DNA of 64,000 bases from Bacteroidota bacterium (lineage in GTDB: Bacteria; Bacteroidota; Bacteroidia; UKL13-3): positions 21,718-85,717 of the forward strand of contig JAIYCU010000012.1 of NCBI GenBank assembly GCA_027487835.1, written 5' to 3'. Each line of letters opens with the position of its first letter. Positions within the stretch are counted from its first letter, which is position 1. The notes beneath the pieces are model-generated. The model saw nothing but the letters and a program-made list of their open reading frames with translations. It had not been told where the DNA came from and ran no database searches. The translations under genes and the position numbers were made by a program. This document shows, in pieces, positions 29,177 through 39,032 of the stretch.

Positions 29177-31080
29177 TGAATTTCTTGTTTTTCATTAATA
29201 GTTAAATCGCCTTTATCTGCCAAATATCTGCAAACTATTAATAAATCTTCAGTATTTACCGCTTTTAATAGTTTGACTAAATCCTTAATAGAAATTGGTT
29301 TATCCCAATTTAGGTTTACCAACTCTTTTTCAATTTTCACAAATTTCTGAGCAGATAAAGGATCTGTATTTTTTCGCATGCACACATCACATGCGCCACA
29401 ATCTATTATGTCTTTCTCTCCAAAATAAGTTAAAATGAGTCTACTTCTGCAAATATCTTTTGTATGCCCATAATTAATTATAGCTTCTAGCTTCTCTTCT
29501 TGTTCAACTTTTCTATTTTGAATTAATTTATAATTTATAGGCAGGTGGTCTTTAACAATGCGCGGATGTAAAAAAGTTATTTTCGATAATTCATCTTTGG
29601 GTTGAAAATCAATAATTCCATTTTCCATTAATTTTATCAATTCTTCTAAAAGCTTTTGTTCACTTACATTTGCCTTCATCGCTAAATCATTAAAGGCAAT
29701 TGATGTTAAATTTTCAAAGACACCCCCATGCATTCTAACTACTACTTCAAGAATGCGATGCCATAGTTCATTCACGGTTTTTAAATCAAATAAATCAGAA
29801 TGCCTTAATAGAATTCTAATTTTATCACTTGTAAATACCCCTTCTGAAATATGAATTATTTCCGATTGCGACAATAGTTTTAACGCATTTTGAACCTTGA
29901 TTGGATTTTGATTTGTATATTTAGAGAAACCAATTAAATCAAATGGAAAATCTGTTTCAATATATTTACCAATTGGGATATTATAGAAGTGGTTTAACTT
30001 ATCAAAAATAAACTTTAAATAAGTTGAATCAGGATATTGCTGAAGTAACTTTGCCTTAGCTTGCAATGCATCCGACTCATGGTATAATAATAAACAATAG
30101 GCATTTTTGCCATTACGGCCAGCTCTTCCTGCCTCTTGGTAATAGGCTTCTAGGCAATCTGGAATTTCAAAATGTACCACCAATGCACAATCAGGTTTAT
30201 CGATACCCATTCCAAATGCATTCGTGCAAACCATTATTTGAACTTTATTTCGAATCCAATCTTCTTGCCTTTTCTCTCTAATCTGTGCTGCAAGGCCTGC
30301 ATGATAAAATGATGCGATAATCCCATTTGAAACCAAGTAATTGGCAATTTCCTCTGTCATCTTTCGATTTCTAACATACACCAATCCACTCTGTTTAATT
30401 TTGGAAATGCTTTCTAATAATTTACCATATTTATCTTCAGTATGTCTAACGATATAATGTAAGTTTTTTCGTTCAAAGCTTTTCTGGTAAACCAGTGGCA
30501 TTTTAAAATCCAATTGAACCATTATATCCTCAATAACCTTTGGGGTTGCACTTGCAGTTAATGCTAATACAGGAACATTAGGAAGTAAACTTCTAATTTC
30601 TTTTAATTTTCTATATTCCGGTCTAAACTCATGTCCCCACTGACTAATACAATGGGCTTCATCAATAGCTAATAATGAAACTGGAAGTTGATGTAAGTTA
30701 TCTTTAAAAAGTTCGGTTGTTAATCTTTCAGGCGATAAATAAAGAAATTTTGCTGCTCCAAATTGACAATTTTCAAAAATCACTTTTATTTCCTGTCCGC
30801 TCATACCGGAATAAATTGCATAGGCCTTTATACCTTTAGCTTTTAAATTCTCGACTTGGTCTTTCATCAGTGCAATGAGCGGTGAAACTACAATACAAAG
30901 GCCAGGTTTTGCCATGGCTGGAACTTGGAAACAAATAGATTTTCCACCACCAGTCGGCAGTAATGCTAAAACATCTAAATTGGCTAAACTTGACTCAATT
31001 ATTTTATCTTGAGGCGTTCTAAAAGTATCAAATCCCCAATAGGTTTTTAGAATTTCATGTATATTAACTTTATTGCTCAA
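29155..31080 (-). CDS. recQ: ATP-dependent DNA helicase RecQ family
   Basis: Walker A PTGGGKS, DEAHCISQWGHEFRPEY, helicase C, RecQ zinc-binding cysteines (CDCGACDVC), winged-helix; 641 aa. Confidence 0.85.
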   Translation of the reverse strand: MSNKVNIHEILKTYWGFDTFRTPQDKIIESSLANLDVLALLPTGGGKSICFQVPAMAKPGLCIVVSPLIALMKDQVENLKAKGIKAYAIYSGMSGQEIKVIFENCQFGAAKFLYLSPERLTTELFKDNLHQLPVSLLAIDEAHCISQWGHEFRPEYRKLKEIRSLLPNVPVLALTASATPKVIEDIMVQLDFKMPLVYQKSFERKNLHYIVRHTEDKYGKLLESISKIKQSGLVYVRNRKMTEEIANYLVSNGIIASFYHAGLAAQIREKRQEDWIRNKVQIMVCTNAFGMGIDKPDCALVVHFEIPDCLEAYYQEAGRAGRNGKNAYCLLLYHESDALQAKAKLLQQYPDSTYLKFIFDKLNHFYNIPIGKYIETDFPFDLIGFSKYTNQNPIKVQNALKLLSQSEIIHISEGVFTSDKIRILLRHSDLFDLKTVNELWHRILEVVVRMHGGVFENLTSIAFNDLAMKANVSEQKLLEELIKLMENGIIDFQPKDELSKITFLHPRIVKDHLPINYKLIQNRKVEQEEKLEAIINYGHTKDICRSRLILTYFGEKDIIDCGACDVCMRKNTDPLSAQKFVKIEKELVNLNWDKPISIKDLVKLLKAVNTEDLLIVCRYLADKGDLTINEKQEIHWTKENK

Positions 31081-31732
31081 TGATGCCGTCTTTGATAATC
31101 AATTGCCTATCACTCCTAGCAGCAAGTGCCTGGTTATGTGTAACTATTACAAATGTTTGATTAAATTGCAACCTCAATTTAAAGAAAAGTTCATGCAACT
31201 CATTGGCTGCTTTAGAATCCAAATTTCCAGAAGGTTCGTCAGCTAAAATTACTGAAGGATTATTAATTAAGGCTCTTGCTACAGCAACGCGCTGTTGTTC
31301 TCCACCGCTTAAAGCAGCAGGTTTATGGTTAATTCGGTTTTCAAGCCCTAACAAATTAAGTAATTCTAAACTCTTAATTTTTACATCTTCATTCTTCTTT
31401 CCTCCTATCCATGCAGGAAGGCAAACATTTTCCCAAGCATTAAATTCTGGCAATAATTGATGAAATTGAAAAATAAAACCAATGTGTTGGTTTCTAAATT
31501 TGGCTAATTTATTGCCACTTAATTTCGTAACATCCTCATTGGCAATTTTTAAAATACCTTTATCAGCTTGGTCTAGGGTACCTAAAATTTGTAATAAAGT
31601 TGTCTTTCCCGCACCTGAGGCGCCTACAATTGAGATAATCTCTCCTTTTTCAATTTTAAGGTTGATACCTTTTAGCACAGGTAAACCATTGTACGACTTA
31701 AATATATCAACCGCTTCAATCATATTGTTCAA
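31070..31732 (-). CDS. ABC transporter ATP-binding protein, LolD/MacB-type
   Basis: 220 aa; GASGAGKTTLL, LSGGEQQRVAVARAL, ILADEPSGNLD; permease partner not adjacent. Confidence 0.75.
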   Translation of the reverse strand: MNNMIEAVDIFKSYNGLPVLKGINLKIEKGEIISIVGASGAGKTTLLQILGTLDQADKGILKIANEDVTKLSGNKLAKFRNQHIGFIFQFHQLLPEFNAWENVCLPAWIGGKKNEDVKIKSLELLNLLGLENRINHKPAALSGGEQQRVAVARALINNPSVILADEPSGNLDSKAANELHELFFKLRLQFNQTFVIVTHNQALAARSDRQLIIKDGIIEQ

Positions 31733-31902
31733 TATTACAAAAAGACAAGGAATTTTGATTGCCTAAAGGTGTTTCTTACAAATAAAAATGGCATAATTAC
31801 CACTTGAAATTCTATAAATATTTAGTATATCGCAACAACTTTCAACCAAAAAGAAAATATGGATTTCAATTACAATAAAATTAAAATCACAATAACTATC
31901 TA

Positions 31903-33921
31903 ATGAAGAAAATTATAATGTATTCAGCCTTATTGGCCTATATTGGAATGGGTTCAGCCATGATTTATAAAAACCTCAAAGGAATTGATGAAAATGCCAT
32001 CGATAAAACCATAATACCTGGTGAAGATTTTTATCGGTATGCCAATGGTACTTGGTTAAAAAATAATCCTGTTCCTGCAAGTGAAAGCAGATGGGGAAGT
32101 TTTAATCAGGTAACTGAAAGAAATAATGATGTTTTAAGACAAATTCTTGAAGCAGCTTCTGCCAATAAATCAGCAAAAATTGGTAGCGCTGAACAAAAAG
32201 TTGGAACTTTTTATAGACTTTTTATTGATACATTAAAAAGAGATAAGCAGGGAATCGAACCAATCTTACCTCTACTTTCCGCAATCAATAAAATAAATAA
32301 TACAACAGAACTCATGTCTGTTGTTGCTGATTTAAACAAAAAAGGAATTCGTAGTTTTTTTGGTTTTTATGTGTCTCAAGATTTAAAGAATAGTAAATCA
32401 TATATTCCTTACATCTCACAAGGCGGTTTGGGTTTGCCCGATCGCGACTATTATTTGAAGGATGATGCTAAGTCGAAAAAAATTAGGGAAGAATACCTTG
32501 CGCATGTGAAAAATATTTTTTCTCTTTGTGGTTATGGTGCTGAAAGTAATGAAGAACTAATCCTAACTATAGAAACTGAATTAGCAAAGGCATCTATGTC
32601 TAGAACTGAAAGAAGGAACCAAGAAAAGCAATACAATAAGCGAGCATTGACAACATTTCTAAGTACCTACCCAAGTTTAAATTTTCAAACATACCTTCAA
32701 CAAATTCAAATTAGTCAATTTGATAGCCTCATTATTTCACAGCCCGATTTCTTTGCTCAATTAAATCAAGTTTTTAACACCCATTCAATCAATGATTTAA
32801 AAATTTATTTAAGATGGTGTTTATTTAATCAAAGTGCCCCTTATTTAGATTCAAAATTAGAAAAGCAGAATTTTCATTTCTATAGCACGGTTTTAACCGG
32901 TGCCAAAGAACAAAAGCCTCTATGGAAAAGAGGAATTGCTGCTGCCAACGGAACCGTTGGAGAACTATTAGGACAGCTTTTTGTGGCTAAAGTTTTTACT
33001 CCTGCCTCCAAGCAGCGTGTAAATGCAATGGTTGATGACATTGTCGCAGCTTTCAGAATTCGAATAAACAACTTAGCATGGATGAGTGCTGAAACAAAAA
33101 CTAAAGCATTAGAAAAGCTGGCTTCTTTTAATAGGAAATTTGGTTACCCAGATCAATGGAAGGACTATAGTTTACTAGAAATTAAAGAAGATTCATATAT
33201 CGAAAATGTAATTAGAGCCAGTACTTTTAGTTTTAATGATAATATTAACAACCTAGGAAAGCCAATAGACCGCAACCGTTGGGGAATGTTGCCTCAAACA
33301 GTAAATGCTTACTACAGCCCTACCCTAAATGAAATTGTTTTTCCAGCAGCAATAATGCAACCTCCATTTTTTGATGCCAACGCAGATGATGCAGTAAATT
33401 ATGGCAGTATTGGCGCTGTAATTGGACATGAACTTACCCATGGCTTTGACGACCAAGGTGCAAAATATGGCCCTGATGGGAATTTGAAAAGTTGGTGGAC
33501 TGAAGAAGATAAAAAACAATTTGAAGCGAGAACAAAAGTATTAGTGGATCAATTCAATGGATATTTTGTAAGTGATAGTTTACATATCAATGGAGAGTTA
33601 ACTTTAGGTGAAAATATTGCAGATTTAGGCGGACTTACCATAGCATTTGAAGCGTTTAAAATACGTCAATTGAAAAATCCAGGTAAAACTATTAATGGAT
33701 TTACGCCAGAACAAAGGTTCTTTATTGGCTTTGCCCAAATATGGAAAAATAATGTAAGACCAGAAGCCTTAAGGCAGTTAATTCTAACCGACCCACATTC
33801 GCCTGGTGAATTTAGAGTTTTAGGTACTTTAGGAAATATGCCACAGTTTTATGAAGTTTTTAGTGTAAAAGAAGGCCAAAAAATGTATCGAAGTGCGGAA
33901 ACAAGGGCTAATATTTGGTAA
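31903..33921 (+). CDS. M13 family metallopeptidase (neprilysin/PepO-like)
   Basis: 672 aa; HELTHGFDDQG (HExxH), ENIADLGG (ExxxD), NAYY motif; signal/anchor at N-terminus. Confidence 0.85.
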   Translation: MKKIIMYSALLAYIGMGSAMIYKNLKGIDENAIDKTIIPGEDFYRYANGTWLKNNPVPASESRWGSFNQVTERNNDVLRQILEAASANKSAKIGSAEQKVGTFYRLFIDTLKRDKQGIEPILPLLSAINKINNTTELMSVVADLNKKGIRSFFGFYVSQDLKNSKSYIPYISQGGLGLPDRDYYLKDDAKSKKIREEYLAHVKNIFSLCGYGAESNEELILTIETELAKASMSRTERRNQEKQYNKRALTTFLSTYPSLNFQTYLQQIQISQFDSLIISQPDFFAQLNQVFNTHSINDLKIYLRWCLFNQSAPYLDSKLEKQNFHFYSTVLTGAKEQKPLWKRGIAAANGTVGELLGQLFVAKVFTPASKQRVNAMVDDIVAAFRIRINNLAWMSAETKTKALEKLASFNRKFGYPDQWKDYSLLEIKEDSYIENVIRASTFSFNDNINNLGKPIDRNRWGMLPQTVNAYYSPTLNEIVFPAAIMQPPFFDANADDAVNYGSIGAVIGHELTHGFDDQGAKYGPDGNLKSWWTEEDKKQFEARTKVLVDQFNGYFVSDSLHINGELTLGENIADLGGLTIAFEAFKIRQLKNPGKTINGFTPEQRFFIGFAQIWKNNVRPEALRQLILTDPHSPGEFRVLGTLGNMPQFYEVFSVKEGQKMYRSAETRANIW

Positions 33922-33922
33922 C

Positions 33923-34702
33923 ATGAAAAAAATACAAACCTTCCCCTTAATTTTAATTGTTTTATTTTTAAGTTCATGCGGCAATTCATGGATTCCATTG
34001 AGCTTGGATGAAACTTTTGGTAGTCAGAGTGCTTCTCAAATTAATGATGGCATATCTGACATGCAGGTTCTTGATCAATCTGAATACCCAAAAGCCTATG
34101 AATATTTAAATGAGTTAAAAGATAAAATACTTGCCTCAGGAAAAGTAGAGCATGCCAAGGATTTTAAGTGGGAACTTAGAATAATTGAAGATGATTCTGT
34201 TTTAAATGCATTTTGTTTACCAGGTGGCTATATTTATGTTTATACAGGCTTGATGAAGTACTTAGATTCCGAACATGCTTTGGCTGGCGTACTTGGACAT
34301 GAAATGGCTCATGCGGATTTAAGACATGGGACTTCTCAATTAGTTAAGAATATGGGCCTCAGTCTTGCCTTGCAACTTATTTTTGGCGGGGATGCCTCAC
34401 AATTGGTAAATATTGGAGCCAATTTAGTGTCACTATCATTTAGCAGAGATGACGAAAAAGAAGCAGATATGAAATCTGTGGAATATTTGTATCAAACAGA
34501 ATTAGATGCAAGAGGTACAGGCGTATTTTTTGAAAAGTTAAAATTGGATAATAAAGACCCAGAAATTGTAGAATTTTTAAGTACGCATCCAAATCCAGAG
34601 AACCGCGTAGAGGAAATTAATAAAAAATGGAAAGAACTTGGTGGTAAAAGTGGAAAGATAAATAAAAGTAGTTACCAAGAAATGCTTGAAGATTTGCCTT
34701 AA
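33923..34702 (+). CDS. M48 family zinc metalloprotease lipoprotein
   Basis: ATG at 33923 gives the MKKIQTFPLILIVLFLSSCG lipobox; HEMAHADLRHG (HExxH) and downstream E. The track start 33893 overlaps the M13 gene. Confidence 0.75.
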   Translation: MKKIQTFPLILIVLFLSSCGNSWIPLSLDETFGSQSASQINDGISDMQVLDQSEYPKAYEYLNELKDKILASGKVEHAKDFKWELRIIEDDSVLNAFCLPGGYIYVYTGLMKYLDSEHALAGVLGHEMAHADLRHGTSQLVKNMGLSLALQLIFGGDASQLVNIGANLVSLSFSRDDEKEADMKSVEYLYQTELDARGTGVFFEKLKLDNKDPEIVEFLSTHPNPENRVEEINKKWKELGGKSGKINKSSYQEMLEDLP

Positions 34703-34738
34703 TAACTTACAAATAATCAACGTATTAAATTTTAATAT

Positions 34739-35197
34739 TTAATCTCTTAGTTTAAATTCTATATTTTTGTTTATAGCAGCAAGTTTAATCTTTAAATCTG
34801 ATGTTATACTTTGATTTTCTATCAAAAGTTGGTCTAAATCATTTAGGTAGCTAATTTCTCGATGTACTATTTTGTGGTAGGCAAGCACTTGCTCAGTACG
34901 CTGTTCAATAGCTACTAAACAATCTTTAATTAGCTCTATTTCAGCTATAATTCCATTAAAATTAGGCTTTTCAACCGCACTTCTTTTCATAGTGCCAACA
35001 CCTAGAATTAACCAATCAGGATTTATCTCTGGAAACTTTATTAATATTTTTTGAATCAGTTCTAAACCAGGCTTATTCCTGCCTGTGCTAATGTGCGTTA
35101 GCATAGGCAATGATATTTCTAATAGGCTAGCAAATCCGCTTTTCGTAAGTTGCTTGCCATCCATTATACTTAACACACGTATATTTATCTCATCCAT
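34739..35197 (-). CDS. putative DNA-binding protein with XRE-like HTH (hypothetical regulator)
   Basis: 152 aa; N-terminal segment KQLTKSGFASLLEISLPMLTHISTGRNKP resembles an HTH; divergent from the ACAWWTGT-rich intergenic region. Confidence 0.4.
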   Translation of the reverse strand: MDEINIRVLSIMDGKQLTKSGFASLLEISLPMLTHISTGRNKPGLELIQKILIKFPEINPDWLILGVGTMKRSAVEKPNFNGIIAEIELIKDCLVAIEQRTEQVLAYHKIVHREISYLNDLDQLLIENQSITSDLKIKLAAINKNIEFKLRD

Positions 35198-35234
35198 GTA
35201 AATAACTGATTAACAATAGTAAAATGCGAATATA

Positions 35235-35453
35235 AACATTTGTTTATACAAATGTAAAGCTAATAAACATAAGTTAATAAGGTCTAAAACAAATGTTAAC
35301 TAACTGTATTGATATAAACTTTAGATTTTTTGTCCTAAACGATTCATATTTAATTGTTTATAGGTAAATACATTGTACGTTAAAACATATGTAAACAAGC
35401 TTAAACAATTGTATAATCACTCATTTTTAAGGTAATCCAAACAATTGTTAGGT
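35235..35453. promoter_or_regulatory. cluster of seven ACAWWTGT palindromic operator-like sites in divergent promoter region
   Basis: acatttgt, acaaatgt (x2), tacaattgta-like acattgt, acatatgt, acaattgt (x2), most with AAAC 5' flank, within ~220 bp between genes 34739..35197(-) and 35458..35925(+). Confidence 0.5.
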
Positions 35454-35457
35454 GAAA

Positions 35458-35925
35458 ATGCTTTATACAATTATGAAAGAAAAGGTATTAGAATACGAGA
35501 CAATAATTGCACGTCCTTTAAATGAGGTTTTTGATTTTTTTAGTAAAGCAGAAAATTTAGATGCCCTAACCCCACCGCATTTAAAGTTTAAAATTATTAC
35601 TCCAACCCCTATTCCAATGTTTATTGGTCAATTGATTAAGTATCGAATTTCTTTTTTTGGTATTCCATTTTACTGGAAAACACGCATCACCGAATGGGTT
35701 CCAGGGAAGAAATTTGCAGATGAGCAATTAAGTGGTCCTTATACCAAATGGTATCATGAGCATTTTTTCGAGGAAAGGGATGGATCAACTTATATGATTG
35801 ATAGGATTACCTATCTTTCTAAGGGATGGATACTCGCTCCCTTTTTACATTGGTTATTTGTTGACAAGAATGTAAAGCAAATATTTGAATTTAGAGAAGA
35901 ACAACTAAAGAAGCTGTTTAAATAG
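35458..35925 (+). CDS. SRPBCC (START/Bet v1-like, polyketide-cyclase/dehydrase-type) family protein
   Basis: ~155 aa, pattern KVLEYETIIARPLNEVFDFFSKAENLDALTP typical of SRPBCC ligand-binding proteins; ATG 35458 preferred over track GTG 35452. Confidence 0.55.
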   Translation: MLYTIMKEKVLEYETIIARPLNEVFDFFSKAENLDALTPPHLKFKIITPTPIPMFIGQLIKYRISFFGIPFYWKTRITEWVPGKKFADEQLSGPYTKWYHEHFFEERDGSTYMIDRITYLSKGWILAPFLHWLFVDKNVKQIFEFREEQLKKLFK

Positions 35926-36799
35926 TACTTTTAAACGTTGTATGGTAACTAAATTCTAATTGTGATCCCGGCTCTGCGCAACAAATCCCTTCTTTTTCAT
36001 TAAAACCTCCTAGAAAAGAGCTGCTATCAGCGATTCCTGCCCATGGTTCTAGGCACAGAAATTTTTGATGTGGGTATTTAGTCCATATACCAAAAAATGG
36101 AAAGTTTTCAAACTGCATTTGAATTTCCCAATTTGTTTTTCTGTGTTTAAGAGATATTTTGTCTGATTTCAAGTGTTTAAATACAATTGCATCTTTACTA
36201 AAGCTACTTGAGTCTAAATCCAATTGTTGGCCTTGGTTTATAAGTATTTTTTCAGTTTTCCCCGTTAAAAGTCCACTTTCAATTAAATGACTTTTCAAAT
36301 TTTCTTCAATTTGATTAAATTCAATATAGAACTCTTCCAATTTTGGGTTTGGTAAAATAAATCCTGGGTGCGCTCCAATAGAAAAATATAAATTTTCAAC
36401 CCCGGGGTTATGAACTGTATATTTTGTGGTAAGTCGATTATCCGTTATTTTGTATTCTATAAATAATTTAAATTGGAAGGGGTATTTTTTTAATGTATTT
36501 GCATCACTTTGCAGCATAAACCGCATAAAATCTGTATAAATTTCAACTACTTCAAAATTTAAATCCCTAGCAAATCCGTGTTGGGTCATTCCAAATGAAT
36601 TGCCATTATATTGATATTTATCTTGATTTAAGCGACCAACAATTGGAAATAAAATTGGGGAATGCCGATTCCAAATTGTGTTTTCTGCATTCCAAATAAA
36701 TTCTTCCCCACTTTCGATTTCCTTCAATGAGCATAATTCAGCGCCCATTTCAGAGAATGTAGCAACATGTGAATTTGATTTGATTTGATATTGTGTCAT
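35918..36799 (-). CDS. aldose 1-epimerase family protein (YihR/galactose mutarotase-like)
   Basis: 293 aa; motifs PILFPIVGRL, SFGMTQHGFARD, GAHPGF typical of the aldose epimerase superfamily. Confidence 0.7.
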   Translation of the reverse strand: MTQYQIKSNSHVATFSEMGAELCSLKEIESGEEFIWNAENTIWNRHSPILFPIVGRLNQDKYQYNGNSFGMTQHGFARDLNFEVVEIYTDFMRFMLQSDANTLKKYPFQFKLFIEYKITDNRLTTKYTVHNPGVENLYFSIGAHPGFILPNPKLEEFYIEFNQIEENLKSHLIESGLLTGKTEKILINQGQQLDLDSSSFSKDAIVFKHLKSDKISLKHRKTNWEIQMQFENFPFFGIWTKYPHQKFLCLEPWAGIADSSSFLGGFNEKEGICCAEPGSQLEFSYHTTFKSTI

Positions 36800-36913
36800 T
36801 GTGATCCTAAATATGTACTAAAATAGATTTTTTTAAATGAATGCGGAAAAATTAGGGTTAATTTTATTTTCAGGCATTTAATTTATCTGTATTTTTGACC
36901 TTTATTTAAAACC

Positions 36914-37054
36914 ATGGCACAAGTTCTACGATTTCTTATGGTTATATTAGTAACCATTTTATTGGTGGTAATTGTAACAGATTTTGAAGCTGTTACGAGT
37001 GGTTTCAGTTCCTTTGTTGACGGCGTTTCTTCCCTGTTAGGAAGAGGCAATTAA
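36914..37054 (+). CDS. possible unannotated 46-aa hydrophobic small protein
   Basis: ATG 36914 to TAA 37052-54: MAQVLRFLMVILVTILLVVIVTDFEAVTSGFSSFVDGVSSLLGRGN; one predicted TM helix; below the ORF-track cutoff. Confidence 0.2.
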   Translation: MAQVLRFLMVILVTILLVVIVTDFEAVTSGFSSFVDGVSSLLGRGN

Positions 37055-37102
37055 TTTTTATTTGGGTATTTTATTCAAAGCACGCATCTTCGCGTCCCTA
37101 TT

Positions 37103-37186
37103 GCCGTGGTGGTGAAATTGGTAGACATGCCATCTTGAGGGGGTGGTGCTCGCAAGGGCGTAGGAGTTCGAGTCTCCTTCACGGCA
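37103..37186 (+). tRNA. tRNA-Leu (anticodon GAG)
   Basis: manual cloverleaf: acceptor GCCGTGG/TCACGGC, D-loop with GG, anticodon stem CCATC/GGTGG, loop TTGAGGG (anticodon GAG, G37), long variable arm, T-arm AGGAG TTCGAGT CTCCT; 84 nt; CCA not encoded. Confidence 0.85.
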
Positions 37187-37193
37187 CAAAAAA

Positions 37194-37230
37194 AAGGCTG
37201 TTTGATTTTTCAAACAGCCTTTTTTTATTT
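37194..37230 (+). terminator. intrinsic terminator after tRNA-Leu
   Basis: stem aaggctgtttg / caaacagcctt followed by tttttttatttt. Confidence 0.7.
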
Positions 37231-37266
37231 TGTCCTATTAAAACCCTGTAAAGTCATTTCTACTCC

Positions 37267-37307
37267 AAAATAAAAGCAAAAAGGCCGTTCTGTGAAGAAC
37301 GGCCTTT
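37267..37307 (-). terminator. intrinsic terminator for minus-strand speA/small-ORF transcript (possibly bidirectional)
   Basis: stem aaaggccgttc / gaacggccttt; minus-strand U-tract (plus aaaataaaagcaaaa); plus side also followed by ttttttg. Confidence 0.65.
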
Positions 37308-37332
37308 GAATTTTTTGCAGTTGAAAACAGAA

Positions 37333-37470
37333 TTAATCGATGATTTGAGTGCGCTCAGTGTTTGGCGACTTAATCTTAACTAATTGGGTGTTAACTTTAA
37401 TTCTAGTATTACGAAGAACTGAAGTAACTTTATTTCTTCTGTCTTTTCTTTTTAAACGGGTGGTTGCCAT
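37333..37470 (-). CDS. small highly basic protein (45 aa), function unknown
   Basis: ATG at 37468-70 gives MATTRLKRKDRRNKVTSVLRNTRIKVNTQLVKIKSPNTERTQIID (about one third K/R); lies between speA stop and the terminator. The track TTG start abutting the speA stop is unlikely. Confidence 0.35.
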   Translation of the reverse strand: MATTRLKRKDRRNKVTSVLRNTRIKVNTQLVKIKSPNTERTQIID

Positions 37471-37515
37471 AAAATTAATTTTGTGCGAAAATAGTCTATT
37501 TTTCTTTTCCTGCAA

Positions 37516-38922
37516 CTAATATCCTAAAATATTTAACATACTTTCAGGTTTTTGCTCTTCAGCAAATACCTCATAACTAAATTTACCTTCAGAATCTTTA
37601 TCGATGAGAATGTGCTTTGGGGCTGGTATTAAACAATGTTGAATACCTCCATAGCCACCTAAGCTTTCTTGGTATGCACCTGTATGAAAAAATCCCATAT
37701 GTAAAACATCTCCTTGCTTTAACTTTGGCATAAAAACTTGGTTGGAATTGGTATCAGAATTATAAAAATCTTGAGAGTCACAAGTTAAGCCGCCTAAATT
37801 TATGCGCTGAAATTCCTTATCCCATTGGTTTACGGCAAGCAATATAAATTTCTGGCCAATGCCCCAAGTATCTGGCAAAGTGGTGATAAAGGAGCTATTT
37901 ATCATATACCACAATTCTTTATCATTTTGTTCCTTTTGCCCTATAATTGAATACAAACTTCCCCCGCTCTCTCCCACTGTAAATGAGCCAAACTCGGTAA
38001 AAATATGCGGTTCTGAAACGCCTCTGCTTTCACAAATCGTTTTGATATAATATACAATTTGATCAATCATGTATGCATAATCAAGCTCAACACCTAATGA
38101 AGTGTAAATTGGCATACCACCTCCAATGTCTAAAGTGTCTAAGTCTGGACATACCTCCTTAACATCACAGTAAACATTAACTAAGCGCGTAAGTTCACTC
38201 CAAAAATATGTCGTGTCTTTAATGCCAGAATTAACAAAAAAATGCAATAATTTCAGTTTGAAATTAGGGTGATTTTGAATTTTAGCTTGGTATAAGTCAA
38301 CTATTTTTTTACTACTCATCCCTAATCTCGAAGTATAAACTAAAAAATTAGGTTCCTCTTCTGTTGCAATTCTAATTCCTAAATTGGTATGTGAACTTGT
38401 TTTAGATTCAATTAGGTCGAATTCTTCTGGATTATCAAGTACGCAAACTAAATTATTGTATCCATCTTTAACCATGTTAGCCATGTTTTCTGCATAAGTT
38501 TCTGTTTTAAAACCATTGCAGATAATGTATTGATTTTTGTTAAACTGGCCCTTTTCTTCAAGTCTTCTAACAATAGATAAATCAAAAGCCGAACTTGTTT
38601 CAATATCAACTTTATTCTTTAAAACTTCTTTTAATACGAAGCTAAAATGAGAGCTTTTCGTACAATAGCAGTAATTATAGTTGGCTTTATATTGGTGTTT
38701 TTCAAAGGCATCTTTAAAATAATCACGTGCTTTATTTATTTGTGAACCAATTTTAGGTAAATAAGTAAATTTTAATGGTGTGCCATATTTTTCAATTAAG
38801 CCCATTAAATCTATATCATGAAAATATAGTTGATTTCCTTTTTCCTCAAAACCATGGCGTGGAAAGAAAAATGTCTGATGAATCAGATCAGTGTATCTGT
38901 TTTTTAAATTTATCTTATTCAA
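37516..38922 (-). CDS. speA: arginine decarboxylase (SpeA-like, PLP-dependent fold-III decarboxylase)
   Basis: 468 aa; N-terminal IDLMGLIEKYGTPLKFTYLPKI pattern of biosynthetic ADC, TIM-barrel/PLP-binding region, C-terminal beta-sandwich; shorter than enterobacterial SpeA. Confidence 0.65.
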   Translation of the reverse strand: MNKINLKNRYTDLIHQTFFFPRHGFEEKGNQLYFHDIDLMGLIEKYGTPLKFTYLPKIGSQINKARDYFKDAFEKHQYKANYNYCYCTKSSHFSFVLKEVLKNKVDIETSSAFDLSIVRRLEEKGQFNKNQYIICNGFKTETYAENMANMVKDGYNNLVCVLDNPEEFDLIESKTSSHTNLGIRIATEEEPNFLVYTSRLGMSSKKIVDLYQAKIQNHPNFKLKLLHFFVNSGIKDTTYFWSELTRLVNVYCDVKEVCPDLDTLDIGGGMPIYTSLGVELDYAYMIDQIVYYIKTICESRGVSEPHIFTEFGSFTVGESGGSLYSIIGQKEQNDKELWYMINSSFITTLPDTWGIGQKFILLAVNQWDKEFQRINLGGLTCDSQDFYNSDTNSNQVFMPKLKQGDVLHMGFFHTGAYQESLGGYGGIQHCLIPAPKHILIDKDSEGKFSYEVFAEEQKPESMLNILGY

Positions 38923-39032
38923 GGTTAACTAATTTTCTACAAGATTAAGCAAACTAAAACTTTCTTATATCAATAAATGATGAAGTAAATGCGAAAAGCT
39001 ATATTTGCTGCCCACCGTCCTATGGAGGTTTT

